Assembly: GCA_965223415.1 (NCBI GenBank)
Contig: OZ245002.1
Location: forward strand, 5,440,001-5,504,000
Length of the DNA: 64,000 nucleotides
Direction: 5' to 3'
Source: Myxococcota bacterium
GTDB taxonomy: Bacteria; Myxococcota_A; UBA9160; UBA6930
In this document: positions 1 through 11,521 of the stretch, one piece after another
Layout: every line of letters starts with the position of its first letter
How positions within the stretch are numbered: the stretch's first letter is position 1
Made by a program: the position numbers and the translations under genes
The notes under the pieces: generated by a model
What the model saw: the letters and a program-made list of their open reading frames with translations, nothing else
Databases searched by the model: none
What the model was told of the DNA's origin: nothing

Positions 1-1
1 G

Positions 2-985
2 GAATTCAGGCGGGTTCGCGCCCCGATGGATCCGAGCGGCGTCGGCACGATGATGCTCGTCCCGACGCTGCTCGACCGCGGTGCCGAGTGGCAGAAGGAC
101 AAGTTCGTGCGGCCGACGATGCGCGGCGAGATGATCTGGTGCCAGGGCTATAGCGAGCCGGGGGCGGGCAGCGACTTGGCGTCGATCTCGACGCGCGGCG
201 AGTTGGTCGGCGATAAATGGGTGATCAATGGGCAGAAGGTCTGGACCAGCGGCGCTCATGCGTCCGACTGGATGTTCTGCCTGGTCCGCACCGAACCGCA
301 TGCGCCCAAGCATGCCGGCATCTCCTACCTGCTGATCGAGATGAACCAACCCGGCATCGAGGTGAAGCCGTTGCGCCAGATGACCGGTGCAGCGGACTTC
401 AACGAGGTCTTCTTCACCGACGTGCGTACGCCCAAGGACCACATCGTCGGCGAGCGTGGCCAGGGCTGGCAGGTCTCCCGGACGACGCTCAAGCACGAAC
501 GCAACTGGATCGGCGCCGCGACGCAGACCACGAAGCTGTTCGAGGGCCTGGTGCAGCTGGCGAGCACGACGTCCCGGGGCGGCCGGCGCAACATCGAGGA
601 TCCGGCCGTGCGGCGACGTCTGGTCGAGATCGAAGGCTATGTGCGGGCGCACGAGTACTCGAGCTACCGGCAGCTCACGAAGAACGCCAAGGGCGAGGAC
701 CCCGGCATCATCCAGCAGATGAACAAGTTGAGTTCGACGAACATCGGTCAACGTGTCGCCGCGCTCGCACTCGACCTGCTGGGCGACGGAGGTTTGCTCG
801 ATGCGACCGGGATCGAGCGCGACGGGCAACGCCCGACGAACGAGCGATCCTGGATCACGCACTACATGTACACGCTCGCCGGAGCGATCGCGGGCGGGAC
901 GGCGAACATCCAACGCAACCTGATCGCCGAACGCGGGCTCGGGCTTCCACGCGACGTCCACCTCCAGAAGGACGCCGCACGATGA
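2..985 (+). CDS. Acyl-CoA dehydrogenase (5'-partial)
   Basis: Motifs WCQGYSEPGAGSDLAS, INGQKVWTS and GGTANIQRN; frame is open to the window edge. Confidence 0.92.
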   Translation, partial: EFRRVRAPMDPSGVGTMMLVPTLLDRGAEWQKDKFVRPTMRGEMIWCQGYSEPGAGSDLASISTRGELVGDKWVINGQKVWTSGAHASDWMFCLVRTEPHAPKHAGISYLLIEMNQPGIEVKPLRQMTGAADFNEVFFTDVRTPKDHIVGERGQGWQVSRTTLKHERNWIGAATQTTKLFEGLVQLASTTSRGGRRNIEDPAVRRRLVEIEGYVRAHEYSSYRQLTKNAKGEDPGIIQQMNKLSSTNIGQRVAALALDLLGDGGLLDATGIERDGQRPTNERSWITHYMYTLAGAIAGGTANIQRNLIAERGLGLPRDVHLQKDAAR

Positions 986-2058
986 ACTTTGATGTGTCCG
1001 CGGAGCAGGAACTGCTCCAGGGCGTGATCCGCGAGTTCCTCGAGCGCGAGTGGCCGCCGCGGGCCACGCGCGAGGTCATCGAGTCCGACACGGGCTTCGA
1101 CCCCGGCTTGTGGAAAGGACTCGTCGAACTCGGCGTGACGGGCACCCAAATCGAAGAGGAGTGGGGTGGGGCGGGCCTGGAGCTGCTCGACCTCGCATTG
1201 GTCGCCGAGGCCCTCGGCTACGGCGGCGTGCCGGGCCCGTTCCTCGGTCACGTCCTCGCGGCGATGGCGATCCAGCTAGCCGGCTCGGCCGACCAGCGAC
1301 GAAGCTGGCTGCCGCGCCTCGCGGCAGGCGACGCGATCGGCACCGTCGCGTTCGCCGAGGAGGGCGGCGCATGGCAGCCGAACGAGTGGAAGCTGGGCGC
1401 CGGTGATTCGCTCACGGGCACGAAGCTCCACGTTCCGTTCGCCTCGGTCGCCGATGTCCTCGTCGTGGGGACCGCGGGCGGCGGCTTCGTCCTCGTCGAG
1501 CGCGATGCCGCCGGCATGAGCGTCGAGGCCTCCGAAGGCGTCGATCGGTCGCGGCGCATCGACAACGTGACCTTCGATGCCACCCCCTGCGAAGTTCTCC
1601 CCGATGCCGTGGGTGCGGCACCGCGTGTCCGCGACGCTGCGCTCGTCCTGCTGGCCGCGGATGCCTTCGGTTGTGGCTCACGGCTCGTCGAGATGTCGGT
1701 CGACTACGCGAAGGCCCGCGAGCAGTTCGGTGTCACGATCGGCCACTTCCAGGCGGTGAAGCATCAGCTGGCGACGATGGCCGTGGAGCTCGAGCCGTCG
1801 CGGGCGCTCTTCTGGTACGCCGCCCATGCGTTCGACGACTTGCCCGACGAGCGCGAACGCACGGCAACCCTCGCCAAAGCGCACATCACCGACCGGGTGA
1901 TGCAGATCGCGCGCGACGCGGTCGAGGCGCACGGCGGGATCGGGTTCACCTGGGAATGCGACGTCCAGCTGTGGTTCAAGCGGGCGATGTTCGATCGCGC
2001 GTTCCTGGGTACCCCGGACGTGCACCGTGACCGGGCGGCAGGGCTGGCCGGCTGGTAG
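982..2058 (+). CDS. Acyl-CoA dehydrogenase (probable partner subunit of a heteromeric pair)
   Basis: MNFDVSAEQELL start, ATGA overlap with upstream stop; REQFGVTIGHFQAVKH and HGGIGFTWE motifs. Confidence 0.9.
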   Translation: MNFDVSAEQELLQGVIREFLEREWPPRATREVIESDTGFDPGLWKGLVELGVTGTQIEEEWGGAGLELLDLALVAEALGYGGVPGPFLGHVLAAMAIQLAGSADQRRSWLPRLAAGDAIGTVAFAEEGGAWQPNEWKLGAGDSLTGTKLHVPFASVADVLVVGTAGGGFVLVERDAAGMSVEASEGVDRSRRIDNVTFDATPCEVLPDAVGAAPRVRDAALVLLAADAFGCGSRLVEMSVDYAKAREQFGVTIGHFQAVKHQLATMAVELEPSRALFWYAAHAFDDLPDERERTATLAKAHITDRVMQIARDAVEAHGGIGFTWECDVQLWFKRAMFDRAFLGTPDVHRDRAAGLAGW

Positions 2059-2122
2059 GCGTCCGACCCGCACTCCGGCTCCTCTTTCGAAAGCGCAGCG
2101 CAAACTGATAGGGTTCCGACCC

Positions 2123-2815
2123 GTGGCCGAGACTTCGAATCCCAAGACCGCCTCGAGAGGCCGCCCCCCGCGCGTCACCGCGGAACGTCTGCAGGACGCG
2201 ATCCTCGCCATCGAGGGAGAAGTACCGACGCTGCCGGGCCTTGCCCGACAACTCGGCATCGGCGTGGCCACGATCTACAGCCACGTTCGTGGCCAGGAGG
2301 AACTCCGGCGGCTTGCGGCGGATGTCGTCCTGGACACCTGGCCGATTCCGCCCGCTCAACCGGGCACCCACTGGGCGGATTGGCTGCTCGAGTACGCGCG
2401 CGACTCCCGCCGCATGATCGAACGTTATCCCGTCGCCCATGGAACCCGGCCGATGGCCGGCGGCCAGCTCCGCCACGCCGAACGCGTCCTCGCCCAGCTG
2501 ATCGCGCTCGGGATGAACGGCAGCGAGGCTGTGTACGCGTTCCACCAGGTCGGGCTCCTGGTACTCGGACTCGGAGCGCAGATCGAAGCAACGCGGGCCG
2601 AGGGTGCGCAGTCCGGTCTCGACGAATGGGGACTGCTCCAGGAAGCGTTCGCGAGCCATCCGGATGAGCTGCCTGTCCTGGGTGGACTCGAGCGGACCGA
2701 TCTCCCCTCTCTGAACGCCGCCTTCGACGAACTGGTCTGGTTCACGCTCGCAGGCATCGCCCGCCGCCGAGGTGAGGTCTTGCCCAACCAGCCTCCGGCT
2801 GCGACGGCGCCGTAG
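2123..2815 (+). CDS. TetR-family transcriptional regulator
   Basis: GRPPR plus HTH LARQLGIGVATIYSHV and a TetR_C-like C-terminus; GTG start is inferred. Confidence 0.82.
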   Translation: MAETSNPKTASRGRPPRVTAERLQDAILAIEGEVPTLPGLARQLGIGVATIYSHVRGQEELRRLAADVVLDTWPIPPAQPGTHWADWLLEYARDSRRMIERYPVAHGTRPMAGGQLRHAERVLAQLIALGMNGSEAVYAFHQVGLLVLGLGAQIEATRAEGAQSGLDEWGLLQEAFASHPDELPVLGGLERTDLPSLNAAFDELVWFTLAGIARRRGEVLPNQPPAATAP

Positions 2816-2849
2816 GCTCGGACCTCCGGAAGATCCACGGCACTCCCCT

Positions 2850-3704
2850 TCAGGGCGTCTCGAGCGACGATCCCTGGATCGAGGAGCAGTGAAGCGCCAT
2901 CTCACTGTACTTGTCAGCGAGAGCCTCCATCCCCGGTGCGATCTCGACATCGTGGGGCGTGTAGCTGGGCATGTAGATGCGGAGCAGCCCCGGAAACACA
3001 TCGCGGACCCTGCCGGATCGGGGAACGAGGGATGCCTCCCTCAACTCCGCCTTCTCCCGTGCGCTGCGCTTCGGCGGCGGACGCACGGACATCATGTACT
3101 TCACCACGCGGCGCACCCATCTGGAGAAGTGGAGTTGGGCCCAGGTGCCGACGGCCAGGCGATAGAGGTAGCCGCCGCAAACGTGATCGTAGACGTCGAA
3201 TGCGACGGTGCGATGCTCCAGCTCTTCGACGAAGTGCCACTCCCACATCTGCAGGAAGGTGGGAAGGTCTTCGCCGAAACCGTTCGGTTCCATCAGGTGC
3301 TTGACCACGTGCATCGTGAAGGCTTCGAAGCCTTCCGCGTACGCGAGGTTGAAGCGCAGCGACTTGGTCTTGGAGAATCGGTGGTAGTCGTCCGAGAGCT
3401 CCTTCTCCAGCGTCTCGAGTCCGGGAAAGCCCGAGCGGCGGATGGTCTCATTGAACTTCATGTGCATCCGGTAGTGCTGGCCCTCCTGGGCGGCGAACCC
3501 CTTCAGGCCCTCGAGAACCTTCGGATCGGTGACATGGCTCTGTGCGGCCTTCATCGACCGAATCAAGTAGGGCTCCAGGTGCGGGAGCAGGAGCGAGGCG
3601 GCGATGAAGGTGAACGACTGTTCGTGATCGCCCTCGATGAAGACCGGGTCGATCTCATCAGGAAACTCGAACGGCATCCGTCGGACGGTGATGGTGTCCA
3701 GCAT
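2850..3704 (-). CDS. Predicted metal-dependent hydrolase
   Basis: QEGQHYRMH and WHFVEELEHRTVAFDVY motifs; GAGGAG RBS before ATG 3704. Confidence 0.85.
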   Translation of the reverse strand: MLDTITVRRMPFEFPDEIDPVFIEGDHEQSFTFIAASLLLPHLEPYLIRSMKAAQSHVTDPKVLEGLKGFAAQEGQHYRMHMKFNETIRRSGFPGLETLEKELSDDYHRFSKTKSLRFNLAYAEGFEAFTMHVVKHLMEPNGFGEDLPTFLQMWEWHFVEELEHRTVAFDVYDHVCGGYLYRLAVGTWAQLHFSRWVRRVVKYMMSVRPPPKRSAREKAELREASLVPRSGRVRDVFPGLLRIYMPSYTPHDVEIAPGMEALADKYSEMALHCSSIQGSSLETP

Positions 3705-3754
3705 GGTTTCTCCTCGGGGCAAAATGCAACTCGGCCGCACTGGGATGTTCGACA

Positions 3755-4573
3755 TCATCCGTCGTCTTCATTCCAGAACAGACGCGCCGCGTTCTGGTAG
3801 AGAAAACGATCGAGGACCCCGGGGCGAAGGTCGAGCTTTCGCGCCTCTTCGACACATCTGGGCATCTGAATGGCCGGATGGTCGGACGCGAAGATGGTCT
3901 TCTTCTGGCCACGCGTATTCATGAAATGAATCAGCTCGGGCGGGAAGTGCTTGGGAAGGTAGGCCGACGTCATCAGGTGCAACCCGGGATACTTGAGCAT
4001 CAGGCGAAACGCGACCTGCCACCACGGATCGGCGCCGTGGGCCATCACGAGCTTCAATTCTGGAAAGTGGAGGCAGACCCGATCGAGGAACATCGGGTTC
4101 TGGCATTCGCCCGGCACCTGTGGCCCGGGAATTCCGGTGTTGATCGTGATGGGCAGGTCGAGCTCGATGCACTTCGCATACACCGGGTAGTAGATGGCGT
4201 CGTTCGGTGGGATGTCGAACAAGAAGGGGGTGATGCGCGCCAGCACCACCGGGTGGTCCCGTCGGAAGGACTCGAGTGCGCGGAGTGTCTTCATCCCGCG
4301 GCGTGGGTTCAGCTGGGCGCCGAGCGAGAACCGTTCCGGGTGCTTCTCGGGAAACTTCATGACGTGCTCGGACGGCTTCGCGGGATCCGTCGTCAGGATG
4401 GCCCGCGCGACGCCGCAGCCATCCATCATGTCGAGCATCTCCTGGACTTCGTAGTTGCGGAAGAAGTCCTCGCCCTGCTTGAAGTAGTCCTTCCCTACCT
4501 GTTCCAGGTAAGCGGGCCGGCCGAACTCGGCCACGTTCACGTTCACCCAGCAGTCGATTGCGCGCGGCGCCAA
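3755..4573 (-). CDS. Amidohydrolase_2 family protein
   Basis: YYPVYAKCIELDLPI, MAHGADPW and FASDHP motifs; TTG start. Confidence 0.88.
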   Translation of the reverse strand: MAPRAIDCWVNVNVAEFGRPAYLEQVGKDYFKQGEDFFRNYEVQEMLDMMDGCGVARAILTTDPAKPSEHVMKFPEKHPERFSLGAQLNPRRGMKTLRALESFRRDHPVVLARITPFLFDIPPNDAIYYPVYAKCIELDLPITINTGIPGPQVPGECQNPMFLDRVCLHFPELKLVMAHGADPWWQVAFRLMLKYPGLHLMTSAYLPKHFPPELIHFMNTRGQKKTIFASDHPAIQMPRCVEEARKLDLRPGVLDRFLYQNAARLFWNEDDG

Positions 4574-4634
4574 GGTCTCTTCCTCCGGAAGGGTGGGCGG
4601 CCGCGAGGCAGCCTATCATATTTGAGATCTTTTT

Positions 4635-4663
4635 CTGTAAATCATTCTCTAAATGATCTACAG
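4635..4663. promoter_or_regulatory. Palindromic operator candidate in a divergent promoter region
   Basis: CTGTAAATCATT-CTCTA-AATGATCTACAG, 12-bp arms with 1 mismatch, in an AT-rich intergenic patch. Confidence 0.6.
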
Positions 4664-4719
4664 TAGGTCCCACGGCCGAGCTTCGGCTCACCGCAACCGC
4701 CGATGGGAGCCTGCAGCGC

Positions 4720-5907
4720 ATGAAGTTCGGAATCTTCTACGAGCACCAGCTGCCCCGGCCGTGGACGGACGATGCCGAGCATCGGCTGATGAAGGACTCG
4801 CTCGCCCAGTGCGAGCTCGCGGACAAGCTCGGGTACGACTACGCGTGGGAAGTCGAGCACCACTTTCTCGAGGAGTACTCCCACTCCTCGGCGCCCGAGG
4901 TCTTCCTCGCCGCCGCGAGCCAGCGCACCGAGCGGATCCGGCTGGCGCACGGAATCATCCAGCTGACGACGAACCACCCGGCGCGAGTGGCCGAGCGAGT
5001 CTCCACACTCGACCTCGTCAGCGACGGGCGCGTGGAGCTCGGGATCGGTGAGGGTTCGACGTCGACCGAGCTGCACCCGTTCGATCGGCGATTCCGCGAC
5101 AAGCGGCCGGTCTGGGAGGACGCCGTTCGGGCGCTCATCCCGATGTTCACGGAGCCGGTCGCCGAGTATCACGGAACCCACTTCGACTTCCCGCCGCGCA
5201 ACGTCTTGCCGAAGCCGTTGCAGAAGCCGCATCCGCCCTTGTGGGTGGCGTGTTCCCAGCTCGAGACGATCCAGATGGCGGGGATGCGCGGCATGGGCGC
5301 GTTGGGCTTCCAGTTCGCCTCGGCCGACACCGCGACGAAGTGGGTCCATGCCTACTACGACGCCTACCTGAATCAGCTGGACAAGCTCGCGGACTACCAG
5401 ACGAACCCGAACATCGCCGTCGTCTCCGGCTTCATGTGCGCCGAGACCGACGAAGAGGCCCTGCGAAAGGCCGATGGTTGGACCTTCTTCCAGTTCGCGC
5501 TCCGGTACTACGGGAGCAAGGGCGTGCTTCCCCCCGGAGAAGTCTCGCTCTGGGAGGAGTACGAGAAGTGGCGGGCGACGCCGGAGGGCCAGAAGCAGAG
5601 CCGCACCGGGCTGATCGGCTCGCCCGACACACTGCGGCGTCGTCTCCGCAAGTTCGAGCAGTCGAACGTGGACCAGGTCATCCTGCTCAATCAGGCTGGC
5701 AAGAATACGCACGAGGACATCTGTTCGAGCCTCGAGTTGTTCGCGCGCGAAGTGATGCCGGAGTTCCACGGTCGCGACCCGGAACACCAGGAATGGAAGC
5801 GCGCGGTCCTCAACCGGGAGCTCGTACTCGACCGTCCGGACACGACGCAGCCCGAGGACACCACCGCTCTCTTCAAGCCGACGCAGCCACCGTCCTCGGG
5901 GGCGTGA
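4720..5907 (+). CDS. Luciferase-like (LLM) flavin-dependent oxidoreductase
   Basis: MKFGIFYEHQLPRPW, VEHHFLEEYSHSSAPE and PKPLQKPHPPLW motifs. Confidence 0.92.
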   Translation: MKFGIFYEHQLPRPWTDDAEHRLMKDSLAQCELADKLGYDYAWEVEHHFLEEYSHSSAPEVFLAAASQRTERIRLAHGIIQLTTNHPARVAERVSTLDLVSDGRVELGIGEGSTSTELHPFDRRFRDKRPVWEDAVRALIPMFTEPVAEYHGTHFDFPPRNVLPKPLQKPHPPLWVACSQLETIQMAGMRGMGALGFQFASADTATKWVHAYYDAYLNQLDKLADYQTNPNIAVVSGFMCAETDEEALRKADGWTFFQFALRYYGSKGVLPPGEVSLWEEYEKWRATPEGQKQSRTGLIGSPDTLRRRLRKFEQSNVDQVILLNQAGKNTHEDICSSLELFAREVMPEFHGRDPEHQEWKRAVLNRELVLDRPDTTQPEDTTALFKPTQPPSSGA

Positions 5908-5980
5908 GGTTCATCGGGCCGGCGGATGTCGGCCCTTCACGGGCTTCGGCCCTGCACTCGACTCCATCTGGAGGCACACG

Positions 5981-7738
<1,758 letters not shown>

Positions 7739-7879
7739 TGGACGCGAGGGCCGACCCGGGGCTCACGATCTGAAGGCGAGGTCGCCCTCCGCTCGGTGGC
7801 CGACACGGCGGAGCTGGGGCCGGGAACACTGGAGATCTCCCGTGGTTGCGCCACCGTCGGAACGGCGAGGAGGACCCAC

Positions 7880-9646
7880 ATGGCTTGGCTCGACGAACTC
7901 ACTGCGATCGGACGTCTAGTAGGGAGCGCTCGACGTGCGCTGCCCAAATCGAACTGGACCATGACGCGGCTGCTCGAGGAGCGCGCACACCGGGCGCCCG
8001 GCGATCTTGCCCTCGCGTACCTCGATCGTCGGTATACCTGGGGCGAGATCGACCAGCACGCGAATCGCTGGGCCCACGTGTTCCTGGACGAGGGCATCGA
8101 GCCCGGCGACATCGTGGCGCTGATCATGGACAACCGACCGGAGTACCTCTTCGCGGTCCATGGCCTCGCGAAGGTCGGTGCGGCGGCGGCGCTGATCAAC
8201 ACGAATCTCACGGGTCAGTCCCTCGTCCACGCGATCACCGTGGGGAACTCGCGCAAGGTCGTCGCCGGCGACGAGCACGCGGCCGCCGTCGAAGAGGTGA
8301 TCGCGGAGCTCGAGACCCTCGACGACGAGCACCCGGTCCTGCTCCACGTGGAGGACGCGACGCAGCCGCGACCCGGTGGGGGCGTGCCGCTCAACGAGGC
8401 GCTGCAGTCGGCCCAGGCGTCGAAGCCGCAGGTCGCAGTCGAGGCCGACTCCGAGATCCTCTTCTGCTTCATCTACACGTCCGGGACGACGGGGCTGCCG
8501 AAGGCTGCGGTCGTCTCGCACCGGCGCGCGATGATCGGGGGGCTCGGCGCTGCGCACCTCATGATGCGGCTCGAGCCGGGTGACGTGAGCTACGTGGCCC
8601 TGCCGCTCTATCACTCGAGCGCGATGTTCATCGGCTGGAGCGCCGTGCTGAACTCCGGCGCTGCGATGGCGTTGCGGCGCAAGTTCTCGGTCACGCATTT
8701 CTGGGACGACGTGCGTCGCTTCGGCGCCACGCACTCCGTCTACATCGGCGAGCTGTGTCGCTACCTCCTGAACGGGGAGCCCGGTCCGGGCGATCGCGAC
8801 CACGACCTGCGTTGCGTAATGGGCAACGGACTGCGACCGGACATCTGGAACGAGTTCCAGGAGCGCTTCGGGATCCCGGAGATCCGCGAGTTCTATGGCG
8901 CCACCGAAGGCACGGCGGGGCTCATGAATCGCACGGGCAAGCCGGGCATGGTGGGCAAGATCGGCTTCGGCATGAAGCTGGTCACCTGCAACCAGGAGAC
9001 CGGCGAGCCGATTCGCGGCGCCGACGGTTTCTGTACCCCGGTCGACCCGGGGCAGATCGGCCTGCTGCTGGGACCGATCTCGAAGGCGACCTCGTTCGAC
9101 GGCTACGTCGACCGGGAGGCCTCGCAGAAGAAGATCCTGACGGACGTGTTCAAGAGCGGCGATCGCTTCTTCAACACGGGGGACCTGTTGCAACTCCACG
9201 AGGGCAAGTGGCTCTCGTTCGCGGATCGGGTGGGGGACACCTTCCGCTGGAAGGGCGAGAACGTCTCGACCAACGAGGTCGCGGAGGTCTGCAACGGAGC
9301 GCCGGGTGTGCTCGAGACCAACGTCTACGGCGTTCAGGTTCCGGGCGCAGACGGCCGGGCCGGCATGGCGGCGATCGACACGGACGAGGGCTTCGACCTC
9401 GAGGCGTTCGCCGGGTTCGTGAAGTCGGCGCTTCCCGGCTACCAGCGTCCGCTCTTCGTGCGCCTGCTGGGCGGCGAGATGCAGACCACCGGCACCTTCA
9501 AGCACCAGAAGGTGCGATACCGCAACGAGGCGTTCGATCCCGGCCAGTGCGAGGACCCGCTCTACTACTTCGATGGCGAGTCGTATCGGCCCATCGACGC
9601 CGCGGTCTTCGACGCCATCGGCAAAGGCGAGATCCGGGTGGGCTAG
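7880..9646 (+). CDS. Long-chain acyl-CoA synthetase (FATP/FadD6-like)
   Basis: YTSGTTGLPK, FYGATEG and DRVGDTFRWKGENVST motifs; GAGGAGGA RBS. Confidence 0.92.
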   Translation: MAWLDELTAIGRLVGSARRALPKSNWTMTRLLEERAHRAPGDLALAYLDRRYTWGEIDQHANRWAHVFLDEGIEPGDIVALIMDNRPEYLFAVHGLAKVGAAAALINTNLTGQSLVHAITVGNSRKVVAGDEHAAAVEEVIAELETLDDEHPVLLHVEDATQPRPGGGVPLNEALQSAQASKPQVAVEADSEILFCFIYTSGTTGLPKAAVVSHRRAMIGGLGAAHLMMRLEPGDVSYVALPLYHSSAMFIGWSAVLNSGAAMALRRKFSVTHFWDDVRRFGATHSVYIGELCRYLLNGEPGPGDRDHDLRCVMGNGLRPDIWNEFQERFGIPEIREFYGATEGTAGLMNRTGKPGMVGKIGFGMKLVTCNQETGEPIRGADGFCTPVDPGQIGLLLGPISKATSFDGYVDREASQKKILTDVFKSGDRFFNTGDLLQLHEGKWLSFADRVGDTFRWKGENVSTNEVAEVCNGAPGVLETNVYGVQVPGADGRAGMAAIDTDEGFDLEAFAGFVKSALPGYQRPLFVRLLGGEMQTTGTFKHQKVRYRNEAFDPGQCEDPLYYFDGESYRPIDAAVFDAIGKGEIRVG

Positions 9647-9804
9647 GCGCTCCGAGCTTCCTCGGCTGGGTGCTTAACTGCGCAGTGCCGTCACTGCTGG
9701 CTGGCCTGGAACGGCAACGCATCGAGTCGCTTCGCATCTAATGCTGAGCCCCAGGTGCGTTGCCTGAGGCTCGATGCTGCCGTGCGGTAAGTGCGCGAGT
9801 TCGC

Positions 9805-9859
9805 TGGCACGCCGGGAGGGATTCGAACCCCCGACCCCCAGGTTCGAAGCCTGGTGCTC
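9805..9859 (-). pseudogene. 3' remnant of tRNA-Arg(TCG), att-like scar
   Basis: Minus strand GAGCACCAGGCTTCGAACCTGGGGGTCGGGGGTTCGAATCCCTCCCGGCGTGCCA: anticodon arm, T-arm and CCA present; 5' acceptor strand and D-loop absent. Confidence 0.85.
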
Positions 9860-10051
9860 GATGTCGAACCACCGGACAACGCAGTTCGAAGAGCCGCGCG
9901 CATCCAGCGTTCAGCGGCCCGGAACCAGGCGCTCGCCGCGACAACCAAGCACGACCAAAACGCGAAATCAGACACCGCCAGAACGCGAATTCCTCAGCGA
10001 ATCCGGCGACTTGTGGCGGGGCGGACGGGACTCGAACCTACAACCTCCGGC
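9855..10051. repeat. ~197-bp direct repeat, copy A (spacer plus tRNA-Asp 3' end)
   Basis: Ungapped match to 16543-16739; about 32 mismatches by hand count (~84%). Confidence 0.9.
10014..10051 (-). pseudogene. Degenerate 3' duplicate of tRNA-Asp (attR-like)
   Basis: Matches the 3' 38 nt of the tRNA-Asp at 16702-16739 with 3 mismatches. Confidence 0.85.
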
Positions 10052-10091
10052 CGTAACTCCGCGGAAACGCAGGGGTCCGGATCGGTGAAGC

Positions 10092-10110
10092 TTGTATCCC
10101 GTTGTATCCC
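10092..10110. repeat. Tandem TTGTATCCC x2, candidate integrase arm-type sites
   Basis: TTGTATCCC-G-TTGTATCCC with a 10-bp period, ~40 bp from the tRNA-Asp fragment. Confidence 0.5.
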
Positions 10111-10303
10111 AACCTCTCCGGGACCCCCCGCTGCCCCGAGCGCAGTGGGGTTTGGCGGGACCCAGTCAACCAGGTGCGACCAGTTCGAACCGGACTTCGC
10201 GCGAAGAGGACGCGGGAATCGAACCCGGGCTCAAGGGACGCAAGCGCCGGAAAGGAGTGGCGTCGATCTCTCGTATCGTCACTCACCACCCGTGAGGCGT
10301 GCA

Positions 10304-11383
10304 TCATTCGCCCGCCGCGGCGGACTGAAGCCGCGCCCGTCGACGGATCTCCGAAGGCGCGCATTGCGCCCAGCGCTTGAACGCCTTGCGGAAATTCGAG
10401 GCGTCCTCGAACCCGACCCGTCGCCCGATCTCGTCCACGGGAATGCGCGTGTTCTCCAGATACTCGACCGCCACCGACAAGCGTGTTTCATCGACGAGCT
10501 GCTGGAAGCGAAGCCCGTCGTCGCGAAGACGCCGGTAGAACGTCCGGAGGGATAGACCGAGGTTCTTGGCGATCTCAGGTGCGGTCGAAGCATACCCCTG
10601 GCGCGCGAGGCAGAGCCTTCGAACGTCCCGAGCAAGTCTCGTTTCCCCGACGCCGCTCGACACGATGCGTTCGCAGAAGTCCTGACACACGCGTGCGGTG
10701 GCATCGCTCGCCTCGGGACAGGGCCGTTCCAGAACGGCCGCATCGAAGTGCCACTCCATCACATCGCTGGCGAAATGGATCGGACATCGGAGCGCGTCGC
10801 GGTACGCCGCTGCGTGGGCAGGCGCTTCGTACGGGAAGTACATCGCGCTCGAGGGGAAAGGCGCCCCGACCACGTAGCCGAGTAGCGTCGACATCGAGCT
10901 TCGCCAGAACTCGGCCACGAATGGGAGCGCACTGCCCAGCGAGTGCGCATCGTGGGAGCGCAAGACGCCCACGTCGCCCTGCAGCTCGAAGGTGATGCGC
11001 AGGACGGGACCGGCGAGCTCCAGGTGCTCGAGACCGAACTCGAACGCTTCGCCGACGGTACGACTCGTCAACAGCGCATAGCCGAAGAGGCCGAAGTCGC
11101 TGATGCGCTGCCGCGCGCCGGCCCGCAGGGCCGTGTCAGGCCGTCGTGCGAGGCGCTCGGCGCTTCGCAGCAGCGCAACTCGCCGACCATGATCGATCGG
11201 GTGCTCGGAACTCAACGCGTCGCCCAATGTGACGCCCGACGCGGAAGTCCATGCTCGGTGATCGATGCCCTGCTCGGCGAGCTCGCGGCCGAGCGCGTCG
11301 AGTCCGAAGCCGAGGGAGGCTCCGGACGAGAGGTCAACGGGGACTTCCGGACGTTCTCGTTGAATGGGCAGCTGGGAGGGCAC
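10304..11383 (-). CDS. AraC-family transcriptional regulator (arabinose-binding-like N-domain)
   Basis: FGLFGYALLTS, SLRTFYRRL and VGFEDASNFRKAFKRW motifs; start uncertain. Confidence 0.9.
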   Translation of the reverse strand: MPSQLPIQRERPEVPVDLSSGASLGFGLDALGRELAEQGIDHRAWTSASGVTLGDALSSEHPIDHGRRVALLRSAERLARRPDTALRAGARQRISDFGLFGYALLTSRTVGEAFEFGLEHLELAGPVLRITFELQGDVGVLRSHDAHSLGSALPFVAEFWRSSMSTLLGYVVGAPFPSSAMYFPYEAPAHAAAYRDALRCPIHFASDVMEWHFDAAVLERPCPEASDATARVCQDFCERIVSSGVGETRLARDVRRLCLARQGYASTAPEIAKNLGLSLRTFYRRLRDDGLRFQQLVDETRLSVAVEYLENTRIPVDEIGRRVGFEDASNFRKAFKRWAQCAPSEIRRRARLQSAAAGE

Positions 11384-11427
11384 CGGCCGACGTTCCTCGC
11401 TATTCGCTCGAGCCTTCGAGCCTAGGA

Positions 11428-11463
11428 TGGCACGATTTCACTCGATGATTGGCAGGATATCAC
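11428..11463 (+). promoter_or_regulatory. Tandem direct repeat, probable AraC-family binding site
   Basis: TGGCACGATTTCAC / TGGCAGGATATCAC (12/14 identical, 22-bp period) between the AraC gene and the divergent operon. Confidence 0.6.
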
Positions 11464-11521
11464 CTCACAGTCGGTGGCGCTGTCGCAGATACTCCTGGTG
11501 CCCGTCGAGCAGGAGTCCCCG

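Noticed and set aside
9805..9880. Complete tRNA-Arg gene
   Set aside because: No 5' acceptor strand or D-loop, so it is called a remnant.
9791..10555. ORFs across the tRNA scars (also 16224-16802)
   Set aside because: They translate tRNA antisense (GRTGLEP); mismatches between repeat copies show no obvious codon-position bias.
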